From an uncultured Bacilli bacterium (GTDB taxonomy: Bacteria > Bacillota_I > Bacilli_A > RF39 > UBA660), in assembly GCA_934101225.1 (NCBI GenBank), contig CAKOQK010000003.1, positions 6,186 through 70,185 on the forward strand: a stretch of 64,000 nt of DNA. The letters are read 5' to 3'. Under the pieces are notes generated by a model. The model worked only from the letters and a program-made list of their open reading frames with translations. It did not search any database and had not been told where the DNA came from. Positions 17,883-28,687 of the stretch are shown piece by piece. The first letter of the stretch is position 1, and each line of letters begins with the position of its first letter. A program made the translations under genes and the position numbers.

Positions 17883-19916
17883 TTATTTTGTATAATCACA
17901 ACTGCTACATTTTATAGTTCTATCTTTACCTTTAAACACTAATAAGTTTCCACATTCAGGGCATTTTTCACCGGTCGGTTCATCCCATAAAGCAGTTTTA
18001 CATTTTGGATAATTATTACATCCATAGAAAACTTTACCTCTTTTAGAACGTTTAACTACTATTTTACCATCGCAATTTGGACAGTCACAAACTTCTTCAA
18101 TTTTTTTCTCTTCTTGTTTAATATACTTACAAGTTGGATAATTAGAACATGCTGTAAACTTGCCATATCTACTAGTTCTTATAACTAAATCAGATCCACA
18201 ATTTGGACATTTTTCGCCAGTAACTTCCGGTGCTTTTTTCTCCATTTCATCAAAAGCTTTTTTAACTAATGGCTCAAAATCACCATAAAATTCTTTTAAT
18301 ACTTTAATATAATCTTCTTTATTTTCGGCAATTAAATCTAAATCATTTTCCATGTTAGCAGTATAATCTACATTAATTATACTTGAGAAAAATTCTTGCA
18401 ATTTATCAGTAGTTTCAATTCCAACTTCCGTAGGTACAAACTTTTTATCTTCTAATCTAACATAAGCTCTTTCTTTAATTACTTCTAGTATTTTAGCATA
18501 AGTAGATGGTCTACCAATGCCTAAAGCTTCTAATTCTTTAATTAATGAACTTTCCGTAAATCTTGCTGGTGGTTTAGTAAAGTGTTGTTCTTTCTTAACT
18601 TCATCCGCATTAAGAATAGCACCTTCTTTTATATCAGGTAATGCAACATCATCAACATCAACATATTTACGGTATACTTTTAAATAACCATCAAAACATT
18701 CAATTTGTCCAGTTGCCTTAAATTCATAATTGTTATTATCTAATAAAATAGTTGTTGCTAAAACCTTACCATCAGCCATTAAAGAAGCTAAAGCTCTAGC
18801 ATAAATAATACTATAAACTTTATATTCATCACTAGTTAAATACTCTTTTACAGATTCAGGTGTTCTTTTAAGTGATGTTGGTCTAATTGCTTCATGGGCA
18901 TCTTGAACATTTGCTTTTTCTTTAGACTTTTTAACCGCACCAATATATTTTTTACCATAATTTTCTTCAATAAATTTATGAGCTTCATCTATAAACATAT
19001 TAGATAATCTTGTTGAATCAGTTCTCATATAAGTAATTAAACCAACTGATTCAGTACCTAAATCAACTGACTCATAAAGTTTTTGGGCAACACGCATTGT
19101 TTTAGATGCTCCAAAATTAAGTTTATTAGCACACGCTTGTTGTAAAGTACTAGTTGTAAATGGCATAACACCTTTTCTATTTTTTTCTTTTTTAACAACA
19201 CTAGTAACTTTAAAATCTTTACCTAGTGAATTTAAAACATTATTTGCTTCATCTTCATTAGATATCTCAATTTTTTTATTTTTATATTTATCTAAATCAG
19301 CATTAAATTCAGGGAATAAAGCACTTATTGTCCAATATTCTTCTGGATTAAATGCATTAATTTCTCTTTCTCTATCAACAATTAATTTAAGAGCAACTGA
19401 TTGAACACGTCCAGCTGACTTTCCACCAGTTTTTGATTGCATTAATTTAGATAATCTAAAACCAATAATACGGTCTAACATTCTTCTAGTTTCTTGAGAT
19501 TTAACTAAATTTTCATCAATCTTTCTTGGTGTGTTAAAAGCATTAATAACCGCATCATGCGTAATTTCATTAAAAACTACTCTTTCATAATCTTTATCAT
19601 CTATTCCTAAAGCATCTTTTAAATGCCAACTTATTGCTTCTCCTTCACGGTCGGGATCGGTTGCAAGATATACCATATCACTTTTTTTAGCATCACTTTT
19701 AAGTTCTTTTATTACACTAGATTTACCCTTAATTACAGTATAATTTGGTTTAAAATTATTTTCAATATCAATTCCTAAACCATATTTACCTGTTGTTGCA
19801 AGATCTCTAATATGTCCTTTACTAGAAACTACTTTATAATTACTACCTAAATAATTACCAATTGTTTTAGTTTTACTTGGAGATTCTACAATAACTAAAT
19901 TCATTTTATTCCTCAT
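17883..19916 (-). CDS. topA: DNA topoisomerase I
   Basis: 677 aa, TOPRIM N-terminus, and three C-terminal C4 zinc ribbons (CPNCGS...C..C, CDCPNC...C..C, CPECG...CSSC). Confidence 0.9.
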   Translation of the reverse strand: MRNKMNLVIVESPSKTKTIGNYLGSNYKVVSSKGHIRDLATTGKYGLGIDIENNFKPNYTVIKGKSSVIKELKSDAKKSDMVYLATDPDREGEAISWHLKDALGIDDKDYERVVFNEITHDAVINAFNTPRKIDENLVKSQETRRMLDRIIGFRLSKLMQSKTGGKSAGRVQSVALKLIVDREREINAFNPEEYWTISALFPEFNADLDKYKNKKIEISNEDEANNVLNSLGKDFKVTSVVKKEKNRKGVMPFTTSTLQQACANKLNFGASKTMRVAQKLYESVDLGTESVGLITYMRTDSTRLSNMFIDEAHKFIEENYGKKYIGAVKKSKEKANVQDAHEAIRPTSLKRTPESVKEYLTSDEYKVYSIIYARALASLMADGKVLATTILLDNNNYEFKATGQIECFDGYLKVYRKYVDVDDVALPDIKEGAILNADEVKKEQHFTKPPARFTESSLIKELEALGIGRPSTYAKILEVIKERAYVRLEDKKFVPTEVGIETTDKLQEFFSSIINVDYTANMENDLDLIAENKEDYIKVLKEFYGDFEPLVKKAFDEMEKKAPEVTGEKCPNCGSDLVIRTSRYGKFTACSNYPTCKYIKQEEKKIEEVCDCPNCDGKIVVKRSKRGKVFYGCNNYPKCKTALWDEPTGEKCPECGNLLVFKGKDRTIKCSSCDYTK

Positions 19917-21987
19917 TTCTATTACTACTATTTGCTATATATGAAATTTTACTATATTCTTCTAATTTTTTAAACAAATAATTAAAATAATCATTTTTTA
20001 TTGCAAGTGCACTCATCTGTTGTTTTAAACTTATTTGTTTATTAATATCAATTATTTCTTGATTAGTATAAGTATTACTTTCATCCTTAGATGTAAATAC
20101 TCCTTTAGACGCATTATAATAACCTACCTCATCTTGCCAAGAACCATCAGCAAAATAAGTTCTATGATCATATTCTGAAAATATATCGTTACCCAAATAT
20201 AATCTTGGATCATAATTAATTCCAAACATATTTAATAAAGTTGGTAATAAATCAACTAATGAAGTATAATCTTCAACTATTTCTGGCGCTTGTCCATAAT
20301 TATATATAATCATTGGAGTTCTATCCATTTCATTATCAACACTTGCATCATAACCTACTACTTCTGATATAGAACTTGTACTAAGTCCATAAGGATAATG
20401 ATCACCAAATAATGCGATTACAGTATCATCTAATTTTCCAGCTTTCTCTAGTTCATCTAATAACAATTCTAATGCTTTATCAAGTTCATACATCTTAGAC
20501 ATATATCTTTTAACAGTCATTGGATAATTTGTATCATTTAATTTGTCTAAATTCTTATTACCATATTCACTATCAACACCATAAGGTTGATGAGTAGTAA
20601 CTGATGTTAAAAATACCATAAATTTATCTTCATTTATAAAATGAGGAACACTTGTTTTAATTAAATCAGTATCACTAGGCCATTCTTCGTATAAACTACT
20701 CCACTTAATATTTAAATCAGATGCATTATAATATTGTCCACTTCCCATATTTTTATGAATAGTTTTTCTAGAATAATAATGATCAGCATAATCATGATAA
20801 CTGGTTGTAACATATTCTAAATTTTTAAACATATTAAATATTGATTCAGGATAAACATTATTTTTATATCTATTAGCAGTACATGTTTGATTAATAGTAT
20901 ATAAACTAGTCATAACTGTCATTTCATTATTACCAGTAGAACAACTATTTCTAGGACTATAATTATTTCTAAATGATGTTCCTTCACTCCATAACTTATA
21001 AATTGTTGGATATCTATCTTTATCAATTGCAATATAGTTAGTAGATTCCATTAATATTACTATTAAATTCTTTCCTTCATAAATACCTGTTTTATCATTT
21101 TTAGGAGTAATCTCTCTACTAATAAAATAATTATTTAATTTATTATAAGTTGAATTCTTTTCATTATTTATTAATTCTTTCCAAGCACTATCATCAATAT
21201 TTCTAGCATACTCTCCACTTGCTACAACACTACTTTGATTATTATTAAAAACATCATCTCCACTAATATCAACATTAATATCAAAAGTATTAATCATCAT
21301 ATCACTAAAACCAAAAGCATATACTCCAAATTGACTTACATTTAAATTTGGATTATCATTTGTAAGAATTAAATTTTTATTACTTATAGTTTGTAAATCA
21401 TTTTGCATAAATTTAACTGTAAGCGTTCCATAATACATTATACACATAAATACAACTACAATAGCATATGCAGCAACCGTTAATAATTTATTTCTATTAC
21501 TTTCTATTTTAAATTCAAAATAAGTAGTCTTATTTAATTTGTATTCTTTTATCTTTTTATCTAAAAACCAAATATATAATAAATATAAAGTTAAAGGAAT
21601 TAATAACAAATAACTTTTCCAATTGGCAGCCTCAATATATTCTTTAATATAATCTACAACTTTAGTTCCTTGCTCTGCATTACCAGTTCCCATAAAAAAT
21701 CCTAGATAATTATATAAATTAACTTCTACCCATGCATATAAAGTAAGTGCTACACTTATAATTGTTTTAAATATCTTACTTCCTGTCTTTTTAAATAAAG
21801 AACTTATTAAACCTAATGCTATACCAAAACCACAAGAAGATATAAATATTCTAAAAATATCCCAATCTAATATTTTATATGAAAGGTTTATTCTTAAAAT
21901 AATTTCAATAAAAAAAATCAAAGATAAGAAACCCACACTATTTTTAAAAATTTGTTTTCCTAATTTTTCTTTCACTTTTCTCACCAT
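19906..21987 (-). CDS. ltaS: LTA synthase family protein (5 TM + extracellular sulfatase-like domain)
   Basis: 693 aa. N-terminal polytopic region followed by an alkaline-phosphatase/sulfatase-superfamily domain, typical of LtaS. Overlaps topA start by 11 nt. Confidence 0.7.
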   Translation of the reverse strand: MVRKVKEKLGKQIFKNSVGFLSLIFFIEIILRINLSYKILDWDIFRIFISSCGFGIALGLISSLFKKTGSKIFKTIISVALTLYAWVEVNLYNYLGFFMGTGNAEQGTKVVDYIKEYIEAANWKSYLLLIPLTLYLLYIWFLDKKIKEYKLNKTTYFEFKIESNRNKLLTVAAYAIVVVFMCIMYYGTLTVKFMQNDLQTISNKNLILTNDNPNLNVSQFGVYAFGFSDMMINTFDINVDISGDDVFNNNQSSVVASGEYARNIDDSAWKELINNEKNSTYNKLNNYFISREITPKNDKTGIYEGKNLIVILMESTNYIAIDKDRYPTIYKLWSEGTSFRNNYSPRNSCSTGNNEMTVMTSLYTINQTCTANRYKNNVYPESIFNMFKNLEYVTTSYHDYADHYYSRKTIHKNMGSGQYYNASDLNIKWSSLYEEWPSDTDLIKTSVPHFINEDKFMVFLTSVTTHQPYGVDSEYGNKNLDKLNDTNYPMTVKRYMSKMYELDKALELLLDELEKAGKLDDTVIALFGDHYPYGLSTSSISEVVGYDASVDNEMDRTPMIIYNYGQAPEIVEDYTSLVDLLPTLLNMFGINYDPRLYLGNDIFSEYDHRTYFADGSWQDEVGYYNASKGVFTSKDESNTYTNQEIIDINKQISLKQQMSALAIKNDYFNYLFKKLEEYSKISYIANSSNRNEE

Positions 21988-22603
21988 TTAATATTAAATC
22001 ACGGACTGGCCCAAATGTAAACCTATAATTATCAAGTAATCCATATTTTTTTATTGCTTCTAAGTGAGCTTTAGTTGGGTAACCTTTATGATTTTTAAAT
22101 CCATATTCTGGAAATTTTTCATCTAATTCATACATCATTCTATCTCTAGTAACCTTAGCAACAATTGATGCAGCTGCTATTGATTCTGACTTACTATCAC
22201 CTTTAATTATACTTTCACTAGGCATTTCTAAATCACTTAACTTCATTGCATCAATAAGAACATATTCTGGTTTAATATCTAAATTATTTATAGCTTGATA
22301 CATTGCAAGTTTTGTTGCTTCATAAATATTTACTTCATCTATTACTTTGTTATCCATGATTCCAATTGAAACACTTAACGCATCTTTCATTATAATTTCA
22401 TATAATTCGTTTCTTCTTTTTTCAGATAACTTTTTAGAGTCATTAATTAATCCATTAAAATATCCCACTGGTAAAATAACTGCAGCAGTAACAACCGGTC
22501 CAACTAAAGGTCCACGACCTACTTCATCTACACCAGCAATATATTTTATTCCTTTATTATATAATTCTTGTTCATAACTTAACATATTATTTTTCATAAT
22601 CAA
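21944..22603 (-). CDS. rnhB: ribonuclease HII
   Basis: 219 aa, DEVGRGPLVGPVV active-site motif. Confidence 0.9.
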   Translation of the reverse strand: MIMKNNMLSYEQELYNKGIKYIAGVDEVGRGPLVGPVVTAAVILPVGYFNGLINDSKKLSEKRRNELYEIIMKDALSVSIGIMDNKVIDEVNIYEATKLAMYQAINNLDIKPEYVLIDAMKLSDLEMPSESIIKGDSKSESIAAASIVAKVTRDRMMYELDEKFPEYGFKNHKGYPTKAHLEAIKKYGLLDNYRFTFGPVRDLILNGEKSERKIRKTNF

Positions 22604-23507
22604 ATGTAATTCCTTTTATATGTTCTAACTTTATTTCATTAATTATATATTTGGCTGTACGATTATAATCTGCTTCTCCATTTTTAATAGCTCCAATATT
22701 TTTAGCAATTGCATCAAATGCTTCATCATTAAATTCATTAATTTTAAATCTCTCACTTAATATATTAGGATATCTTTCACTTAATACTTTTAATATATAA
22801 CTAGCAACATCATATAATGGGATAACATCTTCTTTAATCGCACTAAAAACACATAAATTAAGAGCTACTTTTTCATCATCAAATTTAGGCCATAATATTC
22901 CCGGCGTATCAAGTACTAATACTTTATATTTAGTTTTTAACCACACATTATTTCTTGTAACTCCTGGCATATTACCAGTTTTAGCTACTTTCTTACCAGC
23001 TAAATTATTAATTAAAGTACTCTTACCAACATTAGGTATACCTATAACTAACGCTTTTAATTCTTTTTCTTTTAAACCTTTTTCTTTTCTCTTTAAATTA
23101 ATATTTTTAGCTACTTTATTTATTAAATCAATAACTTTCTTATAATCATTATTATCACTTAAATTAACTAATACTACATTATAACCTTTATTTTCATAAT
23201 ATTTAACCCATGTATTAGTTTCATTTATATCACATAAATCAGCTTTAGACATTATAAGTATTTTATCTTTATTTCTAGTAATATCATCTATATCTTTAAT
23301 TTTAGATGATAAAGGTATTCTAGCATCAATTATTTCAAATACAATATCTATAACTGGCATTATTTTTTTAATTTCATCCTTGGTTTTCTTCATATGTCCT
23401 GGGTACCACGAAATTCCAATTGATAAATATTTTCCTTGACTATCATTATTTTTCTTTTCTGCTCTTATTTTTCTTTTTTGATACATATCCACTCTAATCA
23501 CTTCCAT
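22587..23507 (-). CDS. rbgA: ribosome biogenesis GTPase A (YlqF)
   Basis: 306 aa, circularly permuted GTPase with G4 before G1 (GIPNVGKSTLINNL, DTPG). Confidence 0.85.
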   Translation of the reverse strand: MEVIRVDMYQKRKIRAEKKNNDSQGKYLSIGISWYPGHMKKTKDEIKKIMPVIDIVFEIIDARIPLSSKIKDIDDITRNKDKILIMSKADLCDINETNTWVKYYENKGYNVVLVNLSDNNDYKKVIDLINKVAKNINLKRKEKGLKEKELKALVIGIPNVGKSTLINNLAGKKVAKTGNMPGVTRNNVWLKTKYKVLVLDTPGILWPKFDDEKVALNLCVFSAIKEDVIPLYDVASYILKVLSERYPNILSERFKINEFNDEAFDAIAKNIGAIKNGEADYNRTAKYIINEIKLEHIKGITFDYEK

Positions 23508-24261
23508 TTTCTATCATTCTTGTTTCATTTAAAAAATTATCTATAACTAATTTTTGATTAGTTATGCTATTTGATTCTTTTTCATTACTATATTCTTCTT
23601 TTTTTATTTCATTTTCAATTATCCATTTTATATCTTCTATCGATTTATCAATATTAAATATGCCATTACCTACTGGATAATAAACAGGATAAACTTTATA
23701 TTCGTTTTTATTAATTTGTATTTTGTGACATTTTTTTCTATTTTCAGATACAGATATCTTTTTATTTAAAATAATAGAACTAACTTGGTTTCCAAAAGTA
23801 ATAATTATTTTTGGTTTAATTATATTTATTTCTTTGAATAATAAATCAAGATATTTTTTCAACACTTCATCAGGCAATGGTCTTGCATCTATTTGTGTAC
23901 ATTTACCTAAATTAGTAATGAACAATTTATTTTTTTCAATTTCTTCGTAAACATAGTTGCAAAACTCATAATCCCATTCTTTTGGTTTCTTTTCTTGAAT
24001 TTTGTTAAATGTTTCTTCACTTAATAAATCAACTTTATAGAACAACTTCCATATGTTTTTAGTTCCTAACCATGGAGACTTTCTACCTTTCCAAGATTTA
24101 TCACTGGCAATATTTTTTCCGGTAGGATTCATAAAAACAAAACATATATCAGGATTTTTTTCACATCCACCATTATATATAGAATCTAATTCCTTAGCAC
24201 CATATTTAACTTGTAATTCATCATAATCTTTTCTTAAATCTTCTATCTTCAAAATATTCAC
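23494..24261 (-). CDS. uracil-DNA glycosylase superfamily (family 4/5-like fold) protein
   Basis: 255 aa. Pattern CFVFMNPTG ... FITNLGKCTQ ... KIIITFGNQV resembles UDG-fold motifs. First gene of the rbgA-rnhB-ltaS-topA operon. Confidence 0.4.
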   Translation of the reverse strand: MNILKIEDLRKDYDELQVKYGAKELDSIYNGGCEKNPDICFVFMNPTGKNIASDKSWKGRKSPWLGTKNIWKLFYKVDLLSEETFNKIQEKKPKEWDYEFCNYVYEEIEKNKLFITNLGKCTQIDARPLPDEVLKKYLDLLFKEINIIKPKIIITFGNQVSSIILNKKISVSENRKKCHKIQINKNEYKVYPVYYPVGNGIFNIDKSIEDIKWIIENEIKKEEYSNEKESNSITNQKLVIDNFLNETRMIENGSD

Positions 24262-24473
24262 CTTCTTATAAAAAAGTTTCTTTAAGTAGTTCTTACCTCT
24301 ATTTTATTTAAAATAACTATAATTTTCCAGTTATAAAATGTAAAAAGGAATAAGATTAAAAGTCTTTATTTATAAGACTTCATAGGAAATTTTCCATAAG
24401 TCGGTTTATACCAATTTATGTTTGTTTTATTTTCATTATTCATTATTTTCACTTCCTCTATTTTAATTTATAA

Positions 24474-24920
24474 TTACCATTTTTCTTTATCTATTAATTT
24501 AACATAACCTACTTCTTTAATATATCCTAATTTTTCATAAAAGGATTGTGCTACAATATTATCTCTTTCTACAATTAAAGAAATAAAATCACAGTTATTT
24601 TGCTTTGCAAATTTATATATATATTCAAACATTTTTGTTCCTATTTTATTTCTTCTATATTCTTCCTTCACTCCAAAATTCCAAACAGTTAAAAATGGTT
24701 TTAGCTGTTCTACAATATCATAATTAATTATAACTGTTGCTAACCCTACTATTTCATTATTAACTTTCGCCACTATATTATGATATGCTGAGTTATTATA
24801 AATTTCATTATATATATTTACAAGTTTATTGTAATCTGTAGTCGTACTATAATTTTTATCATATATATTTATGGCTGCCATTAAATCCTCTTGTTTTAAT
24901 TTTTCTATCAAAATTTCCAT
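24474..24920 (-). CDS. GNAT family N-acetyltransferase
   Basis: 148 aa with acetyl-CoA binding motif region (EEYRRNKIGTKMFEYIYKFAKQN). Confidence 0.7.
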   Translation of the reverse strand: MEILIEKLKQEDLMAAINIYDKNYSTTTDYNKLVNIYNEIYNNSAYHNIVAKVNNEIVGLATVIINYDIVEQLKPFLTVWNFGVKEEYRRNKIGTKMFEYIYKFAKQNNCDFISLIVERDNIVAQSFYEKLGYIKEVGYVKLIDKEKW

Positions 24921-25337
24921 ATTTAATATCCTTTCACTTTATTTAATACACAAACTAATTTATATTGCCTAAGTCTATGCTTTTTAATTTTTATATCCAT
25001 TTTTCAGCAAATTATCATTTAATCATTTTTACCTCCAAATATTTTAAAATTTATTTTTTCTTTTCAATTAATTATAAGTTTTATCAAATTCAGCAGTTAA
25101 CGAGTATTTCTCGGCAACTGGTAAAAGTATTACCTTCACTATTTTTATACATAATTAATTTATTTTCTTCCACTAATAGTCTCATTTCCATTATTTTTTC
25201 ACAGCATCTAATTAAATGTCACTTCCCTATATACTTAATCCATTATTGATTAATTTTACTGTCCATATACATTTATATACTCAAAATAATTTGATGACAA
25301 TATAAATATACATCACTTAATCATTTATATTAGTAAA

Positions 25338-25874
25338 TTATTTTTTTACTTTATTTAAAATTCTTCTTTTATCTAATGACAATATTTCATAACTTTGCTT
25401 ATCATATATCTCATTCGCTAATTTAATAGATTCCATGAGTAACTCATTCAAATCATTTATAGGAATTTTATCATAATCTTCTTTATATAACCAATCAAGA
25501 TATTTTATTTTAGTTGCATCATCTGGTCTACCATATATTACTTTTCCACTATGTAACCAATATCCAAATTCTACATTTGTTGTAAATGCTGGCATATCAG
25601 GTAAAGTTCTAGGAATCCAAAACATAATAACTGTTGATTCAGTTAATGCTTCTCTTTCTCATTTTACTTGATCAACATAATCTGTTTTAGGTTTCCACGA
25701 AGAATATTCAGGAACATAAACAACACCATCAAATCCAAATTCCTCTAACTTTTTACAAGCGGTAGGTCTCCACGATTCTATCTTTTCATTTCTAGGAGTT
25801 GGACCAGCTAAAAATATAGATTTATTTCCTTTTATAACTTTTTCATCAGAATAATTAATTATCATTACCATCAC
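25338..25874 (-). pseudogene. nucleoside 2-deoxyribosyltransferase-like/YtoQ-like Rossmann protein interrupted by a single in-frame TGA
   Basis: ORFs 25659..25874 and 25338..25625 are in the same frame, separated only by TGA (plus-strand tca at 25659-25661). The read-through sequence is ...DYVDQVK*EREALTESTVIMFWIPRT.... The N-terminus IFLAGPTPR resembles this family. Confidence 0.45.
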
Positions 25875-26148
25875 ACAACCTTTTCTAAAATATATTTTTT
25901 ACATATTCCAAACATAATTTTTCTATTTGGAATTCATACAAACTAATTATATCATCATTTCATTTTTCAATAAATGATTAAACTCAATAATTATTTAAAT
26001 GCTACATTAAAAATTCTTTATTTACATGTTTTGGGTTGTTAATATTAACACCCCATAATTTACAAATCTATCTATAAATACTACAAAACTAAAATTATAA
26101 TATAAATTTAACAATAACTTTGCTATAATCTATTTGAGGTGAAGAAAA

Positions 26149-27399
26149 TTGAAAATAAATATACAGAAAAAGCCATATATATTAAATAATAAAGACTTTA
26201 GAACAATCCAAATTCAGGTAATGTTTCCTATAAAAATTAAAAAAGAAAACTTAGCATATATTAATATTCTTCCTAACATGCTACAATTTATGAATAATAA
26301 GTATCCTTCTGAAGATAAATTCTTACTTGCTAATAAAAAATTATATATTTTAAATAGTCATTGTGGATACTCTAGAATTGGATTAAATGGATTCTTTACA
26401 TTTGATATGATTATTCCAGATACTAATTCTCTTAAAGAAAATCTATTAGAAAAACAATTTAGCTTATTTAGTGAAATGATTTATAATCCTTTAATTGAAA
26501 ATAATTGTTTTACTTCATTTGAACTAGAAAAAGAAAAGAAAAATATCCTTTTCGATATTGATAATTCATTAAAAAATATTGGTACATATCAAAATTTAAG
26601 ACTTAAAGAAATCATTGATGAAGATAATATATTATCATTAAATCTTACTAGAAATACTGATTTAATTGAAAAAGTAACACCTAGTAATCTATATAAATAT
26701 TATAAAAAGATTATTATTGATAATTCCCCTATCATATTTGTAATGGGTAATGTTGATGAAAATAAAATAAATAAATTATGTAATAAATATTTATATAAGA
26801 ATTTTAAAAATAAAGAAATTAACATTAAACTTGATCATTTTATGAATACAAGAGATAAATTTTTAGAAGTTACAGAAAATAGTTCTTTTAATAATTCATG
26901 TTTATCTATTGTATATAAAGTAAAGGATGCAAATGAATTTGACTATATTTATTTAAATTATGTAAGAGATATATTAACATCTATTTCTTTAGGATTACTT
27001 AGTAAAACCTTAAGAGAAGATTTAGAAATTGTTTATTCAGTAAAAGTACAACCCTATTCTCGTTATGGATTATTAGAAATTAAAGCATTTATTAATAAAA
27101 ATAATATGGAACTTGCCAAAAATAAAATTATAGAAATAGTTAATAGTTTAAAAAATCCTGAAGTATTTAAAGATGAATTAAATAATTTAATTGAAAGACA
27201 AAGATTAGATGTTATTGAAAAGAAAGATAATAAATTTATTATTTTTGATGATTATATTTCTAGTACTTTAAATATAGATGACACACTTGAAGAATACTAT
27301 GAAAAATATAAAAATATTAGCTCTGAAGATATAAGCAATTTTGTAAATAGATTAGTATTAGATACAATATATTTTTTGAAGGAGAAAGATCATGAATAA
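26149..27399 (+). CDS. M16 (insulinase/pitrilysin) family protein, non-catalytic partner (no HxxEH)
   Basis: 416 aa, TTG start after gaggtgaag. M16-like fold signature regions. 8-nt overlap with the following catalytic subunit. Confidence 0.55.
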   Translation: MKINIQKKPYILNNKDFRTIQIQVMFPIKIKKENLAYINILPNMLQFMNNKYPSEDKFLLANKKLYILNSHCGYSRIGLNGFFTFDMIIPDTNSLKENLLEKQFSLFSEMIYNPLIENNCFTSFELEKEKKNILFDIDNSLKNIGTYQNLRLKEIIDEDNILSLNLTRNTDLIEKVTPSNLYKYYKKIIIDNSPIIFVMGNVDENKINKLCNKYLYKNFKNKEINIKLDHFMNTRDKFLEVTENSSFNNSCLSIVYKVKDANEFDYIYLNYVRDILTSISLGLLSKTLREDLEIVYSVKVQPYSRYGLLEIKAFINKNNMELAKNKIIEIVNSLKNPEVFKDELNNLIERQRLDVIEKKDNKFIIFDDYISSTLNIDDTLEEYYEKYKNISSEDISNFVNRLVLDTIYFLKEKDHE

Positions 27400-28630
27400 T
27401 ATAGAAACAGTTACTTTAGATAATGGTTTAAGAATATTTTTATATAAAGATGAAAGAAGACATAAGACATTTTTTACTTATATAACTTTAGGTGGAGGCC
27501 AAAGAAAAAACTTTATTCTTGATGGAACTAAATATCATTTAAATGATGGGCTTGCTCACATATTAGAACATTATATAGTTGAATGTAATAATAATGGGAA
27601 TTTTATAAAAAAATTAGGTAAAATGCAGATGGACGTGAACGCTGAAACAAGTGATATATATACCGAATACTACTTTCAAGCAGTTGAAAATATTGACATT
27701 GGAATTAAAACAATCCTTGATGCAGTCAATAACGTTAAGTTTAACGAAGAAAATCTTAATAAATTAAAAAAACCTATTATTCAAGAAATAAGAAATAGAA
27801 TGGATAATAAATTTTATCATTTAAATAAAATGGTTATGAATGATGTATTTGGTGAAGAAAATTATATTGATGTTGGTGGAAATATTAAAGATATAGAAAA
27901 TGCTAATATCGAAGAAGTTGAGGCTCTTTACAACGCTTGTTATAAACCAGATAATCAAATTATAGTAATTGCAGGTAATTTTAATAAAGAAAATGTTATT
28001 AATATCATAAAAGACTATTTTATGAATCTAAAAAAAGAGAATCATCATGTTGAAATAATTAAAAATAATTATGTAGATTCTGTATTAAAGAAAAAAGATA
28101 TATTAAAGTTTCCAACTCCTAAAGAATATAGAGAAATTGCATTTAAAGTTAACTGTAGTAAATTTACAAATAAAGAAATATTAGATCTTGAATCATATAT
28201 ATTATGTTTTTTTAGTACATTTTTTGGAGTAACTTCAACGCTTTATAAAGAATTAATTAAGAAAAATATCATCACTGATATAATGAATTGTGATATGAGA
28301 AAAGTAGATAACTACTTTCTTATAACTATTGGTAACTACACAACGAATGGAGATATTTTATCTAAAAAAATTATTAACACTATTAAATCTATGAATAAAT
28401 TTAATACTACAATATTTAATTTAAAAAAGAAAGAATTTATATTAAAACTAATATTAAGAGATGAAAATATATTTAAAATGATTAATCCATTTATTACTAA
28501 TGTAATTATTTATGATTATCCATATATTGATACATTAGAAGATGTTTACAATTTAACATATGAGAAATATGTTGATACAATTAAAAGTCTTGATTTTAGT
28601 AATTATACTGATATAAGTATCATAAATTAA
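27392..28630 (+). CDS. M16 family zinc peptidase, catalytic subunit
   Basis: 412 aa with inverted zinc motif HILEH (GLAHILEHYIVE) near the N-terminus. Confidence 0.7.
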   Translation: MNNIETVTLDNGLRIFLYKDERRHKTFFTYITLGGGQRKNFILDGTKYHLNDGLAHILEHYIVECNNNGNFIKKLGKMQMDVNAETSDIYTEYYFQAVENIDIGIKTILDAVNNVKFNEENLNKLKKPIIQEIRNRMDNKFYHLNKMVMNDVFGEENYIDVGGNIKDIENANIEEVEALYNACYKPDNQIIVIAGNFNKENVINIIKDYFMNLKKENHHVEIIKNNYVDSVLKKKDILKFPTPKEYREIAFKVNCSKFTNKEILDLESYILCFFSTFFGVTSTLYKELIKKNIITDIMNCDMRKVDNYFLITIGNYTTNGDILSKKIINTIKSMNKFNTTIFNLKKKEFILKLILRDENIFKMINPFITNVIIYDYPYIDTLEDVYNLTYEKYVDTIKSLDFSNYTDISIIN

Positions 28631-28632
28631 TA

Positions 28633-28660
28633 AAGAAGAACACAAAAGTTCTTCTTTTAA
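28633..28660 (+). terminator. rho-independent terminator after M16 pair
   Basis: aagaagaac acaaaa gttcttctt followed by tt(c)tttt. Confidence 0.5.
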
Positions 28661-28687
28661 TATGCATTTTCCTTGTTGTTTTAACTA

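Noticed and set aside
22347-22577. 76-aa plus-strand ORF antisense to rnhB
   Set aside because: Antisense frame of a conserved gene.
24965-25249. 94-aa plus-strand ORF in the 415-bp gap
   Set aside because: Phe/Ile/Tyr-rich junk translation of AT-rich non-coding DNA. No RBS. It straddles likely promoter sequences.
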